64,000 bases of DNA from Camelus dromedarius (Eukaryota), in the NCBI RefSeq assembly GCF_036321535.1, contig NC_087436.1, forward strand, positions 113,648,001 to 113,712,000, read 5' to 3'. The translations under genes were made by a program, and so were the position numbers. Positions within the stretch are counted from its first letter, which is position 1. Every line of letters begins with the position of its first letter. Below, in pieces: positions 11,386 through 24,340 of the stretch. The notes below the pieces were generated by a model. It had not been told where the DNA came from. It did not search any database and was given only the letters and a program-made list of their open reading frames with translations.

Positions 11386-13446
11386 ATAATTCCAAACCCA
11401 ATATTCTGTCTCTTTTCTTCCCTCTTTTTAAATTTTCATCTATGTAATTAATGTGAGGAAAGCTGGGTTTGCCCCCAGATGGAGGGAAGTCTTACCATTG
11501 TCCTCTCATTCTTCTTTGAAATCATCTAGAGTGTTTTCAACATTTGGGAGTAGGATTTAGGCACTGAGGGAAGTGAAACAGAGCTGGAAAACTAATGGAG
11601 TATTCAGTTTCCCTATAATCCAGTCCAAGGTCCCTGTTAAATGCATTGGGTATGAGGAGTTTAGTTTTAGCTCCATTCCAACCCTTGGCAATGGTCCAAC
11701 CCTAGGCAGCCTGTGTGTGTGTGTTCTCATATCTCCCTCACAGCCATTGGAAGAATGGGTTCAGTTAGCAAGAAAGGGGCAGAGAGCCGAAAGTAGCTGT
11801 ACCAGAATATTTGAAGCCATGGCATTCTCTATAGCCCGGGGGCCCTAACTCATTAGAGGTCTCCTATTACTAACACCAAGGAAGAAAGTCAAATGACAGT
11901 GGAAGGAGTCTGTTGCTGTTTATCTGGGGGTTAATAAGTGTGTGTCCTCAAAATTACGGTACTTAAACCTGGGTGGGGTCTCAGATCATCTGTAAGAGTG
12001 AAGATGACCTTTCTGTCTGCTCTCGGGGCATCAAGATGATCAGCTGCCCAGTCTCTATAAAAAAATTTTCTTTTTCTCACCCCTTCTCTCTTGCATTTCT
12101 TCTGACTCTATGGGGTAGGGAGAGGGCATTCAGAACTAAAGATAGAGATATTCTCAGAGAGAGAAAGACTGTTCTTAGCCAGGGAACAGAATAGCTCAGT
12201 TCTACTAATCATTCAACCATGAGAATAATTTCTGCTTGTTGTAAAAGAGATGACTCAGACCCAAGGTAGACTGATGGGTTCAAGGGGGAGGTAGAATCTG
12301 CCCCCTGCCCACTATGAAAATTTTCCAGTCTTTTTTTCCTTTTGCAATTTTCTAGAATTAGCAGACACTGCTAATTCATGGATTTGGGCCTCCAGGAAGT
12401 TGAACTTCTACTTTTTTTTTTTTTCTGTAAAAGGAACACGGATGCTTATGACCCACCCCTGCAATTAAAGATCAAACTACTGCAGTGGTATAAGTTCTGG
12501 ATTAAGCAGTTTAATTAGCCAGTTCAGTTAGATCAAGGGTCATAGATACCAGGCTGTATTGTTAAGCAAGCCCTCTTCGATCTTCAGCTTTCCAAGTGTG
12601 TCTTAGGAAGACATAGTTCATTTACTCAACCAAGTTAAGCTTAGCTGAAAAATTGAAAATGAGGGGAAAAAAAGGGCTACCAAAGTTTTGTTTTCCACTT
12701 CCTGTCTCTCCAATTCCTCTGCCAGTTTCATTCTCCAGCTTCCCTTCAAAAGAGCTTGATTTAACAAGAAAACAGTGGGTTCATTTACCCAGCAAGGGAG
12801 CGCTTTTCATGTTTGAGCTTTGAAATGAAAATTATCTTTGGGCAGGCTTCTCCGTAGCTCCATCTGTGAGCAGCAGGCCTGTCATAGTGACTGTGGACTT
12901 GGGGGAGGAAGCCAGACCTCAGAAGGCAGCAGGAATGGGCAAACTTTTTCTCTGGGTAGGATCCTGAGCTAGTGGAGGGCAGAAACCAAACATGATGGAA
13001 ACACAGTGTTCTCATGAGTCTAGGCTGACACCATGTGATTTTACAGGCTATAAGCATTAAATAAATCACCCCTGTGGCTCTCAGTCACAGAGCTTAGATA
13101 TAAATGTGACCACTGATCCTAGCCTCTATGCCAGGAGGGTTTCAGTTCACATTTTCATGCAACAAATCTATAGACACTCAAAGTAAAAGGTAGATCCAGG
13201 GACAGACATGTTCCTCCAGGGACAGACTGAATTGCTTTCAAAATTTTAACATCTGTCTTTGAGCTTCTGCTTTTGAACAGAAGGCAGACACAGGTGAAAA
13301 TGGCATGTTCCCTCAGAATTCATGACTTGGTATTAGAGGCAGCCACAGGAATGAATCTTCATTTGCACAGTAATCAGTAAGATTCTGTTTGGGATGCCAA
13401 CATGCACCATATAGGATCAGACCCTATCCATTGGAATTGCCCCTCT

Positions 13447-13635
13447 CTGGGTTTAATACTAGGTTCTGCCTCTTACTAACTTTGTGACTTTGGGCCAGTT
13501 ACTTCAACCCTTAGAGACTCAATTTCCCCATCTATGAGATGAAAGTGACAATATCTCGTTTTGTAAAGATGAAATGAAGTTATGCAAATAAGGTAATTAG
13601 CATGTGTCTGACATGTGCAGTAAATGCTCAAAAAT
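13447..13635 (+). mobile_element. MIR SINE
   Basis: ttactaactttgtgactttgggccagttactt...ctcaatttccccatctatgagatg...agtaaatgctcaaaaa. Confidence 0.85.
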
Positions 13636-13679
13636 AAGTGTGATTTGAGGGAAACAGAGAGTTTTGATAAGGAGCTCTA

Positions 13680-14050
13680 TAAAGGTCTCTTGCAGAAGTG
13701 ACTCTGGAGGAAGGGTTATTTCACCAGACTAAGTTTGTAGGAAAAGGTATTTCAGCTGGAAGTTTGCTAGAGGAAGCCAACATGAAAAGCACAGGACAAG
13801 GCTCATGGTGGGCTGATGTGCAGTGCAAGATTATTTCATAAAAATAGTATGGGGCCAGTAGATGGAAGATTTTGAGTGTCCATCTGAAGAATATGTACTT
13901 GATTGAACAGACAATGGGAAATCATTAAAGGCTTCCGAGTATGAAGATGACAGACTGAAAGCTTTTCCTCTTCAGGAAGATCACTCCGTGAGCTGTATTT
14001 GGGGGACGGGAGCTAGAGAAAGACCTGAGAGTCAGCCCTGCAGTGGGGAA
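13680..14050 (-). mobile_element. L2 fragment
   Basis: ggggccagtagatggaagattttgagtg...caatgggaaatcattaaaggctt...aggaagatcactc. Confidence 0.65.
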
Positions 14051-14784
14051 ATAGTGAGAGGGATGTTATTTACCAGAAATGTTGCTGGTGTAGTTTGCAC
14101 ATATGAAGCATGATTCTGATTTTGTTTTTAGCGGGGAAAAGTCAATTCTTGGCAGCAAGGGCCAAATGTAAAAGCTAATAAGGGAAATGGGAATGGGGGT
14201 GGGGGAAGAGTCTGAATGTTCTTTCTTGTCTACTTCACACTTGGAATGCTGCTCCAGTACATTATTTTGCAGAGGCAATCAGCACACCTGTTAGTGAGCT
14301 TTGGCATTTAATTGACATTATCGGCCTCTGCACAGAGGCAGACAATGGATGTCACTGCGGTGTGGGTGAAACACATTTGCAATTCATAGAAGACTGAGAG
14401 GAAGCTAATCACGTTTGTCTGCAGTCTCCCTAGGGGGACACATCTGGCTGGGAAAAGGAGCCACTTGCTTCCCTGAGTCAAAGGTGTTCAAGGACTTTTA
14501 GGTGATCAGACCCTTCACTCAGCCCTTGAAAGCCCCAGTAATCAGGGAAGATGGGTAAATGACCAAGCGGACCCTCTTGGGCTGACAGGTGGAAAGGCTG
14601 GATTCCAGAGGCTTTGGCTTTTGTCCTGCCTTCCCTACTAACTTATTCTTTGCTTTTGAAGTTGGCCATTTGCCTTTTGTGTGTGTTGTCTTATTTTTCT
14701 GGAAAATGACTCTGAAAGTAAAGAATCTAACTTGTAGTCATTACAGGTGACCTCCTTGGCTCTGATTTGGTCCAGCTAGGTATC

Positions 14785-15810
14785 ACACATTCATTCTCAC
14801 TGAGGATTTCAATGTTCTAAGCCCAAGATAAGCTCTAGGCACTGGAGTACAGTTCAGTGAGATATTGTTCTGTTTTCAAGATCTCACAGCACCCTGGGAT
14901 CAACACTTAACTACTTTGATTAAGAGTAGAAAATACTGTGATAGAAATGGGTGCAGGGTATTAAGCTGGACCTGGACCTCAGAGCCTGAGAAGTGTTTTC
15001 TAGCTGGACAGAAGGGGGAATGGCATTTTAGGTAGAGACAACAGCACAGACAAAACCACAGAGATATTGAATTTTATATCTTGTCAGAAAACAGTGACTA
15101 GTCCAATATGTTAAAGGGTTTGGGGGCAGGAATTGTGAGGGATAAAGTTTTAAAATGGATTCTGGGTCTAGGTTATCAGGACTTAGAGCCCTCAGGTTAA
15201 TACCATCAGAAACATCTGAAATTTCTTCAAACAAGATTAAGTTTTGATTGGAATCCATCAATAATACAGTATTGAGCACTTGCTCTTAGCAAGGCCCTGT
15301 AAAGGAAGGACAGAGAGAAGAGTCAGATCCATTATCTTCATGTGTGACTCTCTGCTGAGGCTACAGACACAACAAAATCACTGCTACCCATTTATTTGTT
15401 TATATATTCATCCAGTCGTTGACAAATCCCAGTGAACCCCTATGATGTGCTAGGATTCTGGGTAAAATGAATAAGTGAAATTATATCCTTGCTCATGGAG
15501 CTCATTGACGGTGAAATAGATGATTATATTGTCAGTGTTACAGGATGTGGCAAAGATATGCACACGGGCCTGAGGATTCCCAAGGTCTAGTGGAAGGTTA
15601 GTCAAGGAGGGCTTCCTGGATTGACCCCTGAGAGTGTGACTAAGTCAAACCAAGGAGGGCAGGAGTGTTGTGCATGTCCTAGAGAGTGCAGAGAAGACAG
15701 TTTTGGGAAGAAGTGTCCTATATAGAGGAGGAGGTGAGGAGGTCCTGTGACTGGAACAAAATGTGTGTCGCTGGAGGAAGGTATGGCAGAGATAAAACTG
15801 AGTAGACTGG
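14785..15810 (-). mobile_element. Cluster of two or three L2 fragments
   Basis: Several antisense L2 tails (cattcattc..., attgagcacttgct...aggccctgt, gtcaaggagggcttcctgga). Confidence 0.6.
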
Positions 15811-16643
15811 CTTCAACCCCCAGTACCAGGCATCAGATGAGGGGCTGTCCATGGTACTGAGGAGCACAGAGGGGCCAGGCTTTCAGTACTAAGAGCTTGC
15901 AAACCTTCAGAGATAAAATTTTTCATGGAAATTTGAAAACTTTTAGAACAACTTTTAATTTTATTTGAAAACCCAACTTAATCAAGTCCTCAGTTCAGAG
16001 AAGGAGAGGGGATCGGAAACTATTTTTTACCAAATGTTTTCCCTGCTCCACCATCCCACCCCTGCTCCATCCACTCCAGAAGGATTGTCCCGTTAGCTGC
16101 TGGGAAATGCCCAGAGCAAATGCACAAGGGACTGTGAGGGGCTAGTGGAAAGACTGAAGCCCCTCCCCTCTATGAAGGAAGGCTCCACCTACCCTTTGGT
16201 GAAAGATGAGACAGAAAACAGCTCTCGGGGTGGGCTTGCCTGCTCCTGGGGATGGTTAGAGGTCTGAGGCTGTGCCAGGGGGAAGGCTCCAGACACCATA
16301 GGTATTATTCATCCAACCTCTAAGAGACTCTGTCCAAAACTCTTCCAAAATGTTCTTGGAGACTTGCTTTGACGATTTACCCGTTTTATTGAGTTCCTAC
16401 TGAAATGCTTATTAATTGGTATCCCCAAGATCAATGGCAGAGTGGTATTCTGCAGTAATTATTCTAGACACTAAAGGCCAACAGGAATTCCAATTCTTAT
16501 GTTTGTCTCTCAGTAACATTTAAAGAAGCCCAGGTACTGGGAGGGACCACAGCCTTCAAGGCCACTCAAGTCACACTGTTTGGGTAGAGGAGGGCTTGAC
16601 CACTTATTGGACCAATTATTTAAACTTGCAGACCCTTGGTGTC

Positions 16644-17143
16644 TATATTAGTTCCTTGTGATTGCTATAACAAACTACCACAAACTTAGTGGCTTAAAAC
16701 CCTCACAGTTCTGGAGGATGGAAATCTGAATACAATACCTCTGGGCCAAAATCAAGGTGTCGGCAGAGCCACGTTCCCACCAGATGCTCTAAGGGATAGT
16801 CCACTCTTTGCGTCCTCCAGCTTCTGGTGGCTGGTGTCATGCCTTGTCTTGCTGTTTCATCACTCTACTCTTCAAGGCTGGTATCTTCTAATCTCTCCCT
16901 GCTCCATCTTCACATTGCCTTCTCCTCTATGTGTGGTAATGTTTTCTTCAGCCTTCCTCTTATAAACATACTTGTGTTTGCATTTAGGGTCCACCTGGAT
17001 AATCCAGGGTAATTTCCCCTTCTCAAGATTCTTAATTTAATCACATCTGTGAACAGCTGATTTTACCACATAAAATAACTTTCACAGGTTCCAGAGATTC
17101 AAATGTGGATATTATTTGAGTAGCTATTTTTCAGCCAACCACA
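16644..17143 (-). mobile_element. MLT1C-like MaLR solo LTR, full length
   Basis: tatattagttcc...ctataacaaactaccacaaacttagtggcttaaaac...aaatcaaggtgtcggcag...cagccaaccaca. 5-bp TSD gtgtc (16639-16643) / gtgtt (17144-17148). Confidence 0.9.
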
Positions 17144-17213
17144 GTGTTCTCAAATGTAACGTAGATCTGATGAAAGCACCTAAATCGTTGGCTAAAGATA
17201 GTCCCTTCCCCAC

Positions 17214-17262
17214 CTCTCTCTCTCTCTCCTACACACACACACATACACACACCCTGACACAC
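17214..17262. repeat. (CT)n(CA)n compound microsatellite, imperfect
   Basis: Seen directly. Confidence 0.85.
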
Positions 17263-17959
17263 AAGTATCTGCCATATGGTAATTGGTCAGTAAATATTAG
17301 CAGTGGCAGCTATTTTGGAAAACAACTTCACCTCTCCTCTTCTCTATCAGTTCCTACGGGCCTCTCTCTTCCTCCCTGCCAGTCCTTACTGTTCTGCTAC
17401 CCTATTTTCCAAATTGCTTCTTTTCTCAGCACTGTACTAACACAGTTCTTTTTCTATAACCACTTTTCTTTTCCCAAGAGCTTTCTGCCAGGAACTGACC
17501 ATTCCTCAGTGAATGAGAAGCAAGATGGGGAGGTAGACGTGGGGAGAGAACTGCAGCAATGAAGGCGGGACAGAGGATGACGGTGCAACCACACACAGTA
17601 GTATTGTCTTTTCCTGTGAGGACTCTTCCTCTCTCACTGTCGTTCGCAGCCCACAGGATGCACGAGAAACATCTAAACCCACCTGCCCACATGGGCAAGC
17701 TGTGGGCATCTCAGACTCCTTCCCTCCTCCATCCCTTCCTGACTCCAGAAGCACAACCCACTTCCCAGGAGTCCAGACCCAGGAGAACACACTGCATGGA
17801 GGTCTCTTGGTTGGATTCAGTGAGGCCCTTGCGGTCCCCACTGTTCATGCTGATGATTAAAACAGCCTCCTAATTGGTTTCCTGCCTTCTAATTTGCCCC
17901 ATCTTTTACACCTGCCAGAAGGTCAGTTTTGTGTGTTTGCTTGCTCATTTTCCTTTTCA

Positions 17960-18170
17960 GAGGAGGTAGCATGTGTCAAGATAAGAGAAGGGTCTTTGGA
18001 CTAAGATAGGTGAGGATTCAAGCTCTGACTCTGCTGTTCGCTAGCTCAAGATACTTAATCTTTCTGAGCCCCAGGGACAGTCTGAAAGAGCTGCTGTAAA
18101 AAATTATTTAGGAGAGTGGATGGTGCATTTGCATGGTGCCTAGCATATGGCAGGTGTAAAATAAACTGGT
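17960..18170 (+). mobile_element. MIR SINE
   Basis: ggattcaagctctgactctgctg...tacttaatctttctgagcc...tggtgcctagcatatggcagg. Confidence 0.7.
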
Positions 18171-18229
18171 TTCTTTCTCAGTGTTTAGTAAAATAAAGCT
18201 CCTCGTATCATGCCCCTGTATACATATCT

Positions 18230-19270
18230 CCTATCAAGGACCTTGCTTTACCAATACTTCCCTCTATATGTTACATCCTCAATAAACACTCCTCTCAACT
18301 GGATCATTTCAATCAGCATGACATCATATATTATTTTCCTATCTTAAAAACAGTCACTTGACTCTACTTCTTCTGTGAGTCTTCACCCCATCTCTATATT
18401 CCCCTTTACTGCATATCTTGAAAGATTTGTCTAGTCTCAATGTTTTCAATTTCTCTCCTCTTTTTCTTTAGAACCACCCTAAGCAGGCTTTCTCCCCACT
18501 GCTGTACGGAAATTGCTCACTTTAAGGTCATCACTGACTTCCAAACTGTTATATTCAGTGGTCAGTTCTCAATCTTCCTCTCACTTGATTTATCAGCAGC
18601 ATTTGACACAGGCAATTTGCTTCTCTTTGACATGCTGTCTTCAGGTTTCTCAGGGCTTTAAAGCCCACTGAGTTCCTTCCTGCTTTACTGGCGGTTCTTC
18701 CTCAGTTTCCTTTGCTGGTGCCTTGTCTTCATGGCCTCTTCATCTGGGGCTGCCCCAGGGTCCGTTCTTGTCTTTTCTTCTCTTTCCTGATACATTTATT
18801 TTCTTGATGATCTCACCTAAAGGGTCAAGACCTCTCTCCTAATCCCTAAATCCAATATCTGACTTTTGTTTCACATCTCTATTTGGATGTTTAATAGACA
18901 ACTCAAACTCAACATGCCGGTTATCTCCCCACCTCAGCCACCATCACAACCTGCTCCACTCTGCCACTTCCCATCTCAGATGATGACAGATCATCCCTTC
19001 CATTTGCCAAGTCCAAAAATCTTTCCTACTCAATTCCATAAGATATCTTACTTGGTTTTAGCAAAGATTTTTGTGCTCTGGCAGTACACCATATATACTG
19101 TCAATGTGATATTTATCACCCTCTTACTAGTTTTAATCTTCTTCTATGTATCCTTTTCTTTTCAGCTCAGTTGTACTATCAACTCCTTAAAGCTATGCAC
19201 CCATTTATCATGTGTCCTAAGCATCTGACACAATGTTCAATATAATAAACGTTTGTGAAACAAATGGATA
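18230..19270 (+). mobile_element. L2 LINE (ORF2 3' region and tail)
   Basis: aaggtcatcactgacttcc...cagtggtcagttctc...tcagcagcatttgacaca...ggggctgccccaggg...ggatgtttaatagacaactcaaactcaacatg. Confidence 0.88.
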
Positions 19271-19340
19271 AAAAATTTAGGTCAGTAGTACCATGATCCA
19301 TGATTCAAAAAATCAGTTTATAATCCGTTAAGGGTAACCT

Positions 19341-19361
19341 ATATATATATATATATATATA
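19341..19361. repeat. (AT)10 microsatellite
   Basis: Seen directly. Confidence 0.95.
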
Positions 19362-19564
19362 AATAGAAGAAAGTAAGAAATTAGAAAAATATACAAAGAC
19401 TTTTCAGTTTTCAGTCTTGCTCTGGTGTTATGGTTGAAGTAGTGTTTTTTACCAATGTCTGGTGAAACAGAACAGAAGAGCTGATTGATCGATTTTAAAT
19501 CTCCTCAATATAAGAATGTAAGATAGGGTAATATAGGGATTGCAATTGTACACACTGGGATGAT

Positions 19565-19765
19565 CTGAACTCTCAATCAGGGAGACAGAAAGTTGAATCT
19601 CAGCCTCATAAGGACTCTGGGAAAGTTATTTCATCTCTCCTAGCTGAAGCTTCCTCATCTGTAAAATGAGCATAATAAATGCTCACCTCAAAGAGACATT
19701 TTGAATGTTAAGTGAGTGAAAAACCTGGTTCATTATCAGTACTGACTGATAATGGTAGCTATCAT
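19565..19765 (+). mobile_element. MIR SINE
   Basis: gggaaagttatttcatctctc...cttcctcatctgtaaaatgagcataataa. Confidence 0.8.
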
Positions 19766-19868
19766 TGTTAGCTTCAAGGAATTGTCTCAGGAACAATCAA
19801 TGCCTATCAAGAGAATTTTTATCTCCAGTGTATTCTGTTATTCTGTGTTTCTCCAAATTCTTATTTAA

Positions 19869-19873
<5 letters not shown>

Positions 19874-19924
<51 letters not shown>
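19874..19924. repeat. (TG)25 perfect microsatellite
   Basis: Seen directly. Confidence 0.97.
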
Positions 19925-19926
<2 letters not shown>

Positions 19927-21379
19927 TTGTGTGTGTCTATGGATATCAGTTGGGGAGAATGGAGAGAAATAAAAATGTTTGATCAAAAGTTCTCACCATC
20001 TATCTGTGGAGCCATGTGTAGCTACAAAAACTCAGGTGGATTCTTCAAGCCACCTTCCCGACATCTTGCCCAGCATCATCTATGGTCAAGTCTTTTGCCT
20101 TCTGCTTTGCTCCTTGCCAGCCACTACTACTAGAGAAGGCCACATGGGGATAACCATGGCAAGACTATTCTTCTCTAACCTCAACTGTGAGCTCTGCCCA
20201 CAGCTTAGCATACCTGTTCTTTATCATGATTCATGTTGCTTTGGCATAACTCCACCTGAGAAACCAATAGGTGCAGTCTTAAGCAGCCCCTGTAGTCCTC
20301 ATTTGCATATCCCCAGACATAGAACTCTCCACCCTAATTCTACTGTATTCATTGCCTATAGGGTTCCAGTCCTGACAGTCTGCCATTTCTCCAGCCTGGT
20401 AGCAACTCACTTGGGCTCATCAAATGAATGTGTGCTTTCTTTCTTACTCCCCTTTCTATAATTTATGATAGCTGAACCTATCAAAATGTTAATAAATTTT
20501 GTGTTGCATGGTAGCCAAAAAAGTAAAATGAATACTCATCTGTGTGTTTCATACCCAAGATTTCCTTCAGTCATTTAATGACAAGGTGAAATCAATGTTT
20601 TGAAGCCTATCTACCCAATCATTAGAAATTTAAGCCCAGTTATTGGCTTTCTCCTGCTCAGTGGTGAGATGATCCCATATGATGTCATGATCACTAATGT
20701 TTACATATTATTTTCCCTTCATAGAGAGAAAGCTTCTAGAAGGTAGGATCTGTGTCTAATTAACCTTTGAAGAAAAAGTGTGGATTCTAGTCAAGTGAAC
20801 TTGTACACATTATTTGCTAACCTGAACTTTACTTTGTTTATGTTTAATTGGAAACATGAATATTTAAATCATAGGGCGGTTGAGGAAATTATTACGTTTC
20901 TGTATGAGGTCCAATAAATATTTCCCTTCTTCCCCTTTGGATTTTTGTTTTTAGCTTTCTCTCTCTCTCCCTCTGTTTCCTACATTTATTTCTCAGCATC
21001 CTACTTCATTCATGGTAAACTTTCTAATTTCTTTTCCTTGGAGCATTTCTATTCCTGCTTCTAGTCCTCACTGAAGAACAATTATACTTCCTGCCTTTTG
21101 GTTCTATGAAATATACCCTAGTTCTTTATAATAAATTTACCACTGAACTTAAGGCCATTTCAGTGGCTTATTTCCCTTGGAATCGGATGCTCTCTGAGCA
21201 GTCGAGGTAATGACTAATCCTTTTACCCACTGGATGGTGAAATCCTTAAAGGTCAAGGTTACATTTTGCTCATAATCGTTTCCCCAAAGTTTCACTTACA
21301 GCTGTATGTGGTAGATGTACATATCTGATGAGTAACTGACTAAAAGAATAACTTCTTCCTTTATTCCTTTTTTTTTCAC

Positions 21380-22390
21380 AATATTTTCCCAGATAACCTG
21401 AACACCAATCCATAGATCTACCCTGCTGCCATTCTGCGGATTTTTCTTCCAACTTTAACCTTCTGCATTCTCATCCTCACAACATGCTGACCCAGGTCAT
21501 CCACTGTCCAGTCTATTGCTTTTGTTCTGCTCCTTACCAGCCACTTTTCCTGAAGAAAGCCACATAAGTGTGATGATTGAGTCTATTTCAAGTTGATTCC
21601 ATTTAACCACAATTTGGATCTGCCCACAGCTTAGCAGCCCTTGACTTCCTTTTTAAAGGGATCTGATGTATTCCTAAAGCAACAATTGCAAACGTTTTTC
21701 ATTGTCATTTAAACCCTTTACTCAGTCACTCACTGCTGAATCACCTCCTGCCTCACTAGAGAAAACTGGTGAGAAATGGTAAGAGTTGGCTTTGCTGTAC
21801 TTCATAGCTGTCTTCACATATCTTTCTCTTCCTTTGGTCCTCTTCCACTGTTTGCCCAAATTAATAATTTTACTTCTACACTAGGTCACCATGCACACCT
21901 CCTTTTTTAAGATGTCATCTCTCTACTTACTTCTGCTACAAGCATCTTGAAAATGTCCTGTACATAAACTGTCCCATTATATTATATTCCACTGGATCCC
22001 CTCATGGTCTGAATTCCATTCACACAGCTCTCCTGGTTGGTGAGTTGACAGTACCTTTACAATTACCAGATTTATTCTGTCCCCATTCTCCTTCAGCACA
22101 TCTGATTTTGCTGATTATCTTCACTCTTCAGACTTGTGTGAAACTTCTTTCTCTGTGTCGCCCTGCCAACTTGATAGGTGTTCTCCTTTACATGAAGTTC
22201 TTCCCTATGTTTCAGTCATCTTTGGTCTCTCTTGAGAATCTCTTCCTTTGCAGTGTTGCTACTAGATGGATGGCGTTCCTAATGCCAATAAGAGAATTCA
22301 CTTCTCTTGTATCTTCTGGTCCTGAATTTCTAACTTTCTGCTGGACAGCTCCCTTGGTTTGCTCCTAAACTCTTATATACAAAAGTCATC
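21380..22390 (+). mobile_element. Highly degraded L2 internal (ORF2) region
   Basis: ctgaagaaagccacataagtgtgatgattgagtctatttcaagtt and cctgcctcactagagaaaact resemble L2 ORF2 motifs. Confidence 0.5.
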
Positions 22391-22604
22391 CACTTCTACC
22401 AAAAAGCCTGAATCTGTATGACTTTGGGACTTATTCAGAGAGAGAATACTACAGGAGAGGTAAAGACAGAGAGAAGTAAAAGATGAGTCTGAGAATTTTA
22501 GCCACTGATTTACTAATGGTAATTAACTGAGGTCAAAAAAGACAGAAGGCATTGGATCATCCTTTTCTCCACTCCTATTTCCAAAACAATTGGGTAGGAG
22601 GAGG

Positions 22605-22815
22605 ATGGCTGTTTATTGAATTCCTACTGTGTGCCAGACACCAACATAGGCATTTTAAATTGGCTAATTCATTTAGTTTTCAAAACAACTCTGTTTCACT
22701 TATTTTCTGTTATTGACCCTGTTATTTTACAGGTAAGGAAACCAGGGCTACATGATACTGAGATTTCTAAGATTATGTAAAGAGTTATAAATCCAACATT
22801 TGGTCCTAAATTTAT
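22605..22815 (-). mobile_element. MIR SINE
   Basis: tttattgaattcctactgtgtgccagacac...attttacaggtaaggaaaccaggg. Confidence 0.8.
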
Positions 22816-23120
22816 TTAAATTCCCAAGTTGTCTTTCTCATCGTATGTCATACGATGAGAAAATAAGAAACCGCATGGATTTTGAATTCACATTTACAGC
22901 TGGAGACAAGGTTCTTTAAAAGTTATGCTGGTGGTCAGTTACAAGTCCTGAACTTTCTGTTTGGGAAATTCTTCTTTCAGAAATTACCAGGACAAGGCAT
23001 CTATTCTATTCAGGGTTCCCTTCTTCAACTAAACCTATAAAGCACTCTTTAATTTTCCTTTCTGTACTCTTCATAGTTATTTTTAAAAATTATTTTAACA
23101 CACCACACACATCTCTAAAC

Positions 23121-23333
23121 CAAGGTTTCTTAACATGCTATTGGAATTTTGGGCTGAATAATTCTTTGTGGTGGGTGAGGCTGTCCTGTGCTTTGTAGCA
23201 AAATCAGCAGAATCCCTAACCTCTACCCACCAGATGTCAGTAGCATCTACCCCCAGTATGACAGCAATACATATAACTGGACATTGTCAACTGTCTTCTT
23301 AGGGACAAAATCATCTCTGTTTGAGAATAAGTG
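23121..23333 (-). mobile_element. MER20 (hAT-Charlie MITE)
   Basis: ggtttcttaac...ttttgggctgaataattctttgtggtggg...gctgtcctgtgc...ctctacccaccagatgtcagtagca...gggacaaaatc...ttgagaa. Confidence 0.9.
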
Positions 23334-23394
23334 ATCTGTATTTATATGCATATCCACATCCATATCTATATATAATCCAATAAGGATCCACGTG

Positions 23395-23760
23395 TGTTTC
23401 ATGAAGGCTGAGATTTATTATTCTTGCTCACATCTCTATACCTATGCTTGGAGCAGTGTCTGACACATACTTGGCACAAAATGCAATAAATATTTATAGG
23501 ATGAATACATAAATGAGAAGGAAGGAAAGCAATGTTTATGGAAAATCTATGTTATTCCATATTCTTCATTAAGAATTTTTCTTCAAAACAACTCTGGGAG
23601 GTGGCTAGTAATAAACTTACTTCCCAGATGGGAAAACAGAGACTCAGAGAGAATGGCCTTCCTTTGGCTTTTTCCACACAGCTTTTCCCACACAGCTAGA
23701 CAGTGTGAGAGTCAGCATTTCAACCGATTCTGTCTACACTGAAGTCTACCTTCCTTCCAG
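23395..23760. mobile_element. L2 tail (+, about 23395-23520) followed by MIR (-, about 23530-23760)
   Basis: cagtgtctgacacata...aataaatatttataggatgaat, then cagatgggaaaacagagactcagagag. Confidence 0.7.
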
Positions 23761-24221
23761 GATGCCAAACAGTGATATATAATTGTGAGTACTATGAGAA
23801 TCAGAGTTTAAGACTGAAAAAAATGGATCACTATTGTTTCAGCTTTTTTGTAGGAAATATGATTTGTAAATTATGTGTTGGCCAAAAGATAATTTTTAGT
23901 TCTGTTCCCCACATTTTTCCAGTCTCCCATTACGGGCAATTTTGTTTCTCAAGTAAAATATTTAGTAATCTGACTTTGTATCTCTCTTTCCCTCACTATA
24001 CATCTTATCCATCAGAAACACATAGACTTAAAGCTAAATTGTTGCCTATGGCACCCTGCCTGACCTGGCCCCTGATGCCTCTTGGACCTCTTATCACACT
24101 GGTATCCTCCTTGTTCATTAATCTCTGGTCAGCAGATCTTTTATTCCTTTGAACATGCCATTCACATTAATGCCTTAAGTTTGTTGCACTTGCATTTCCC
24201 TATGTTTGAAATTCTGTTTCA

Positions 24222-24340
24222 ATGTTTGTTTTATAAATAAAGTTTTATTGCCATACAACCATGCCCAGTCATTTACATATTGCCTATGACTGCTCTCATG
24301 CTATAGTGGCAGAGTTGAATAGCTGTGACAGTGGCTGATG
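24222..24340. mobile_element. MER58A-like (hAT-Charlie) fragment
   Basis: ttttataaataaagttttattg...catgcccagtcatttacatattgcctatgactgct...gcagagttgaatagctgtgacag. Confidence 0.85.

Noticed and set aside
15825..16640. Possible ancient DNA transposon
   Set aside because: I could not match terminal inverted repeats or recall a family consensus, so it is left unannotated pending a Dfam search.
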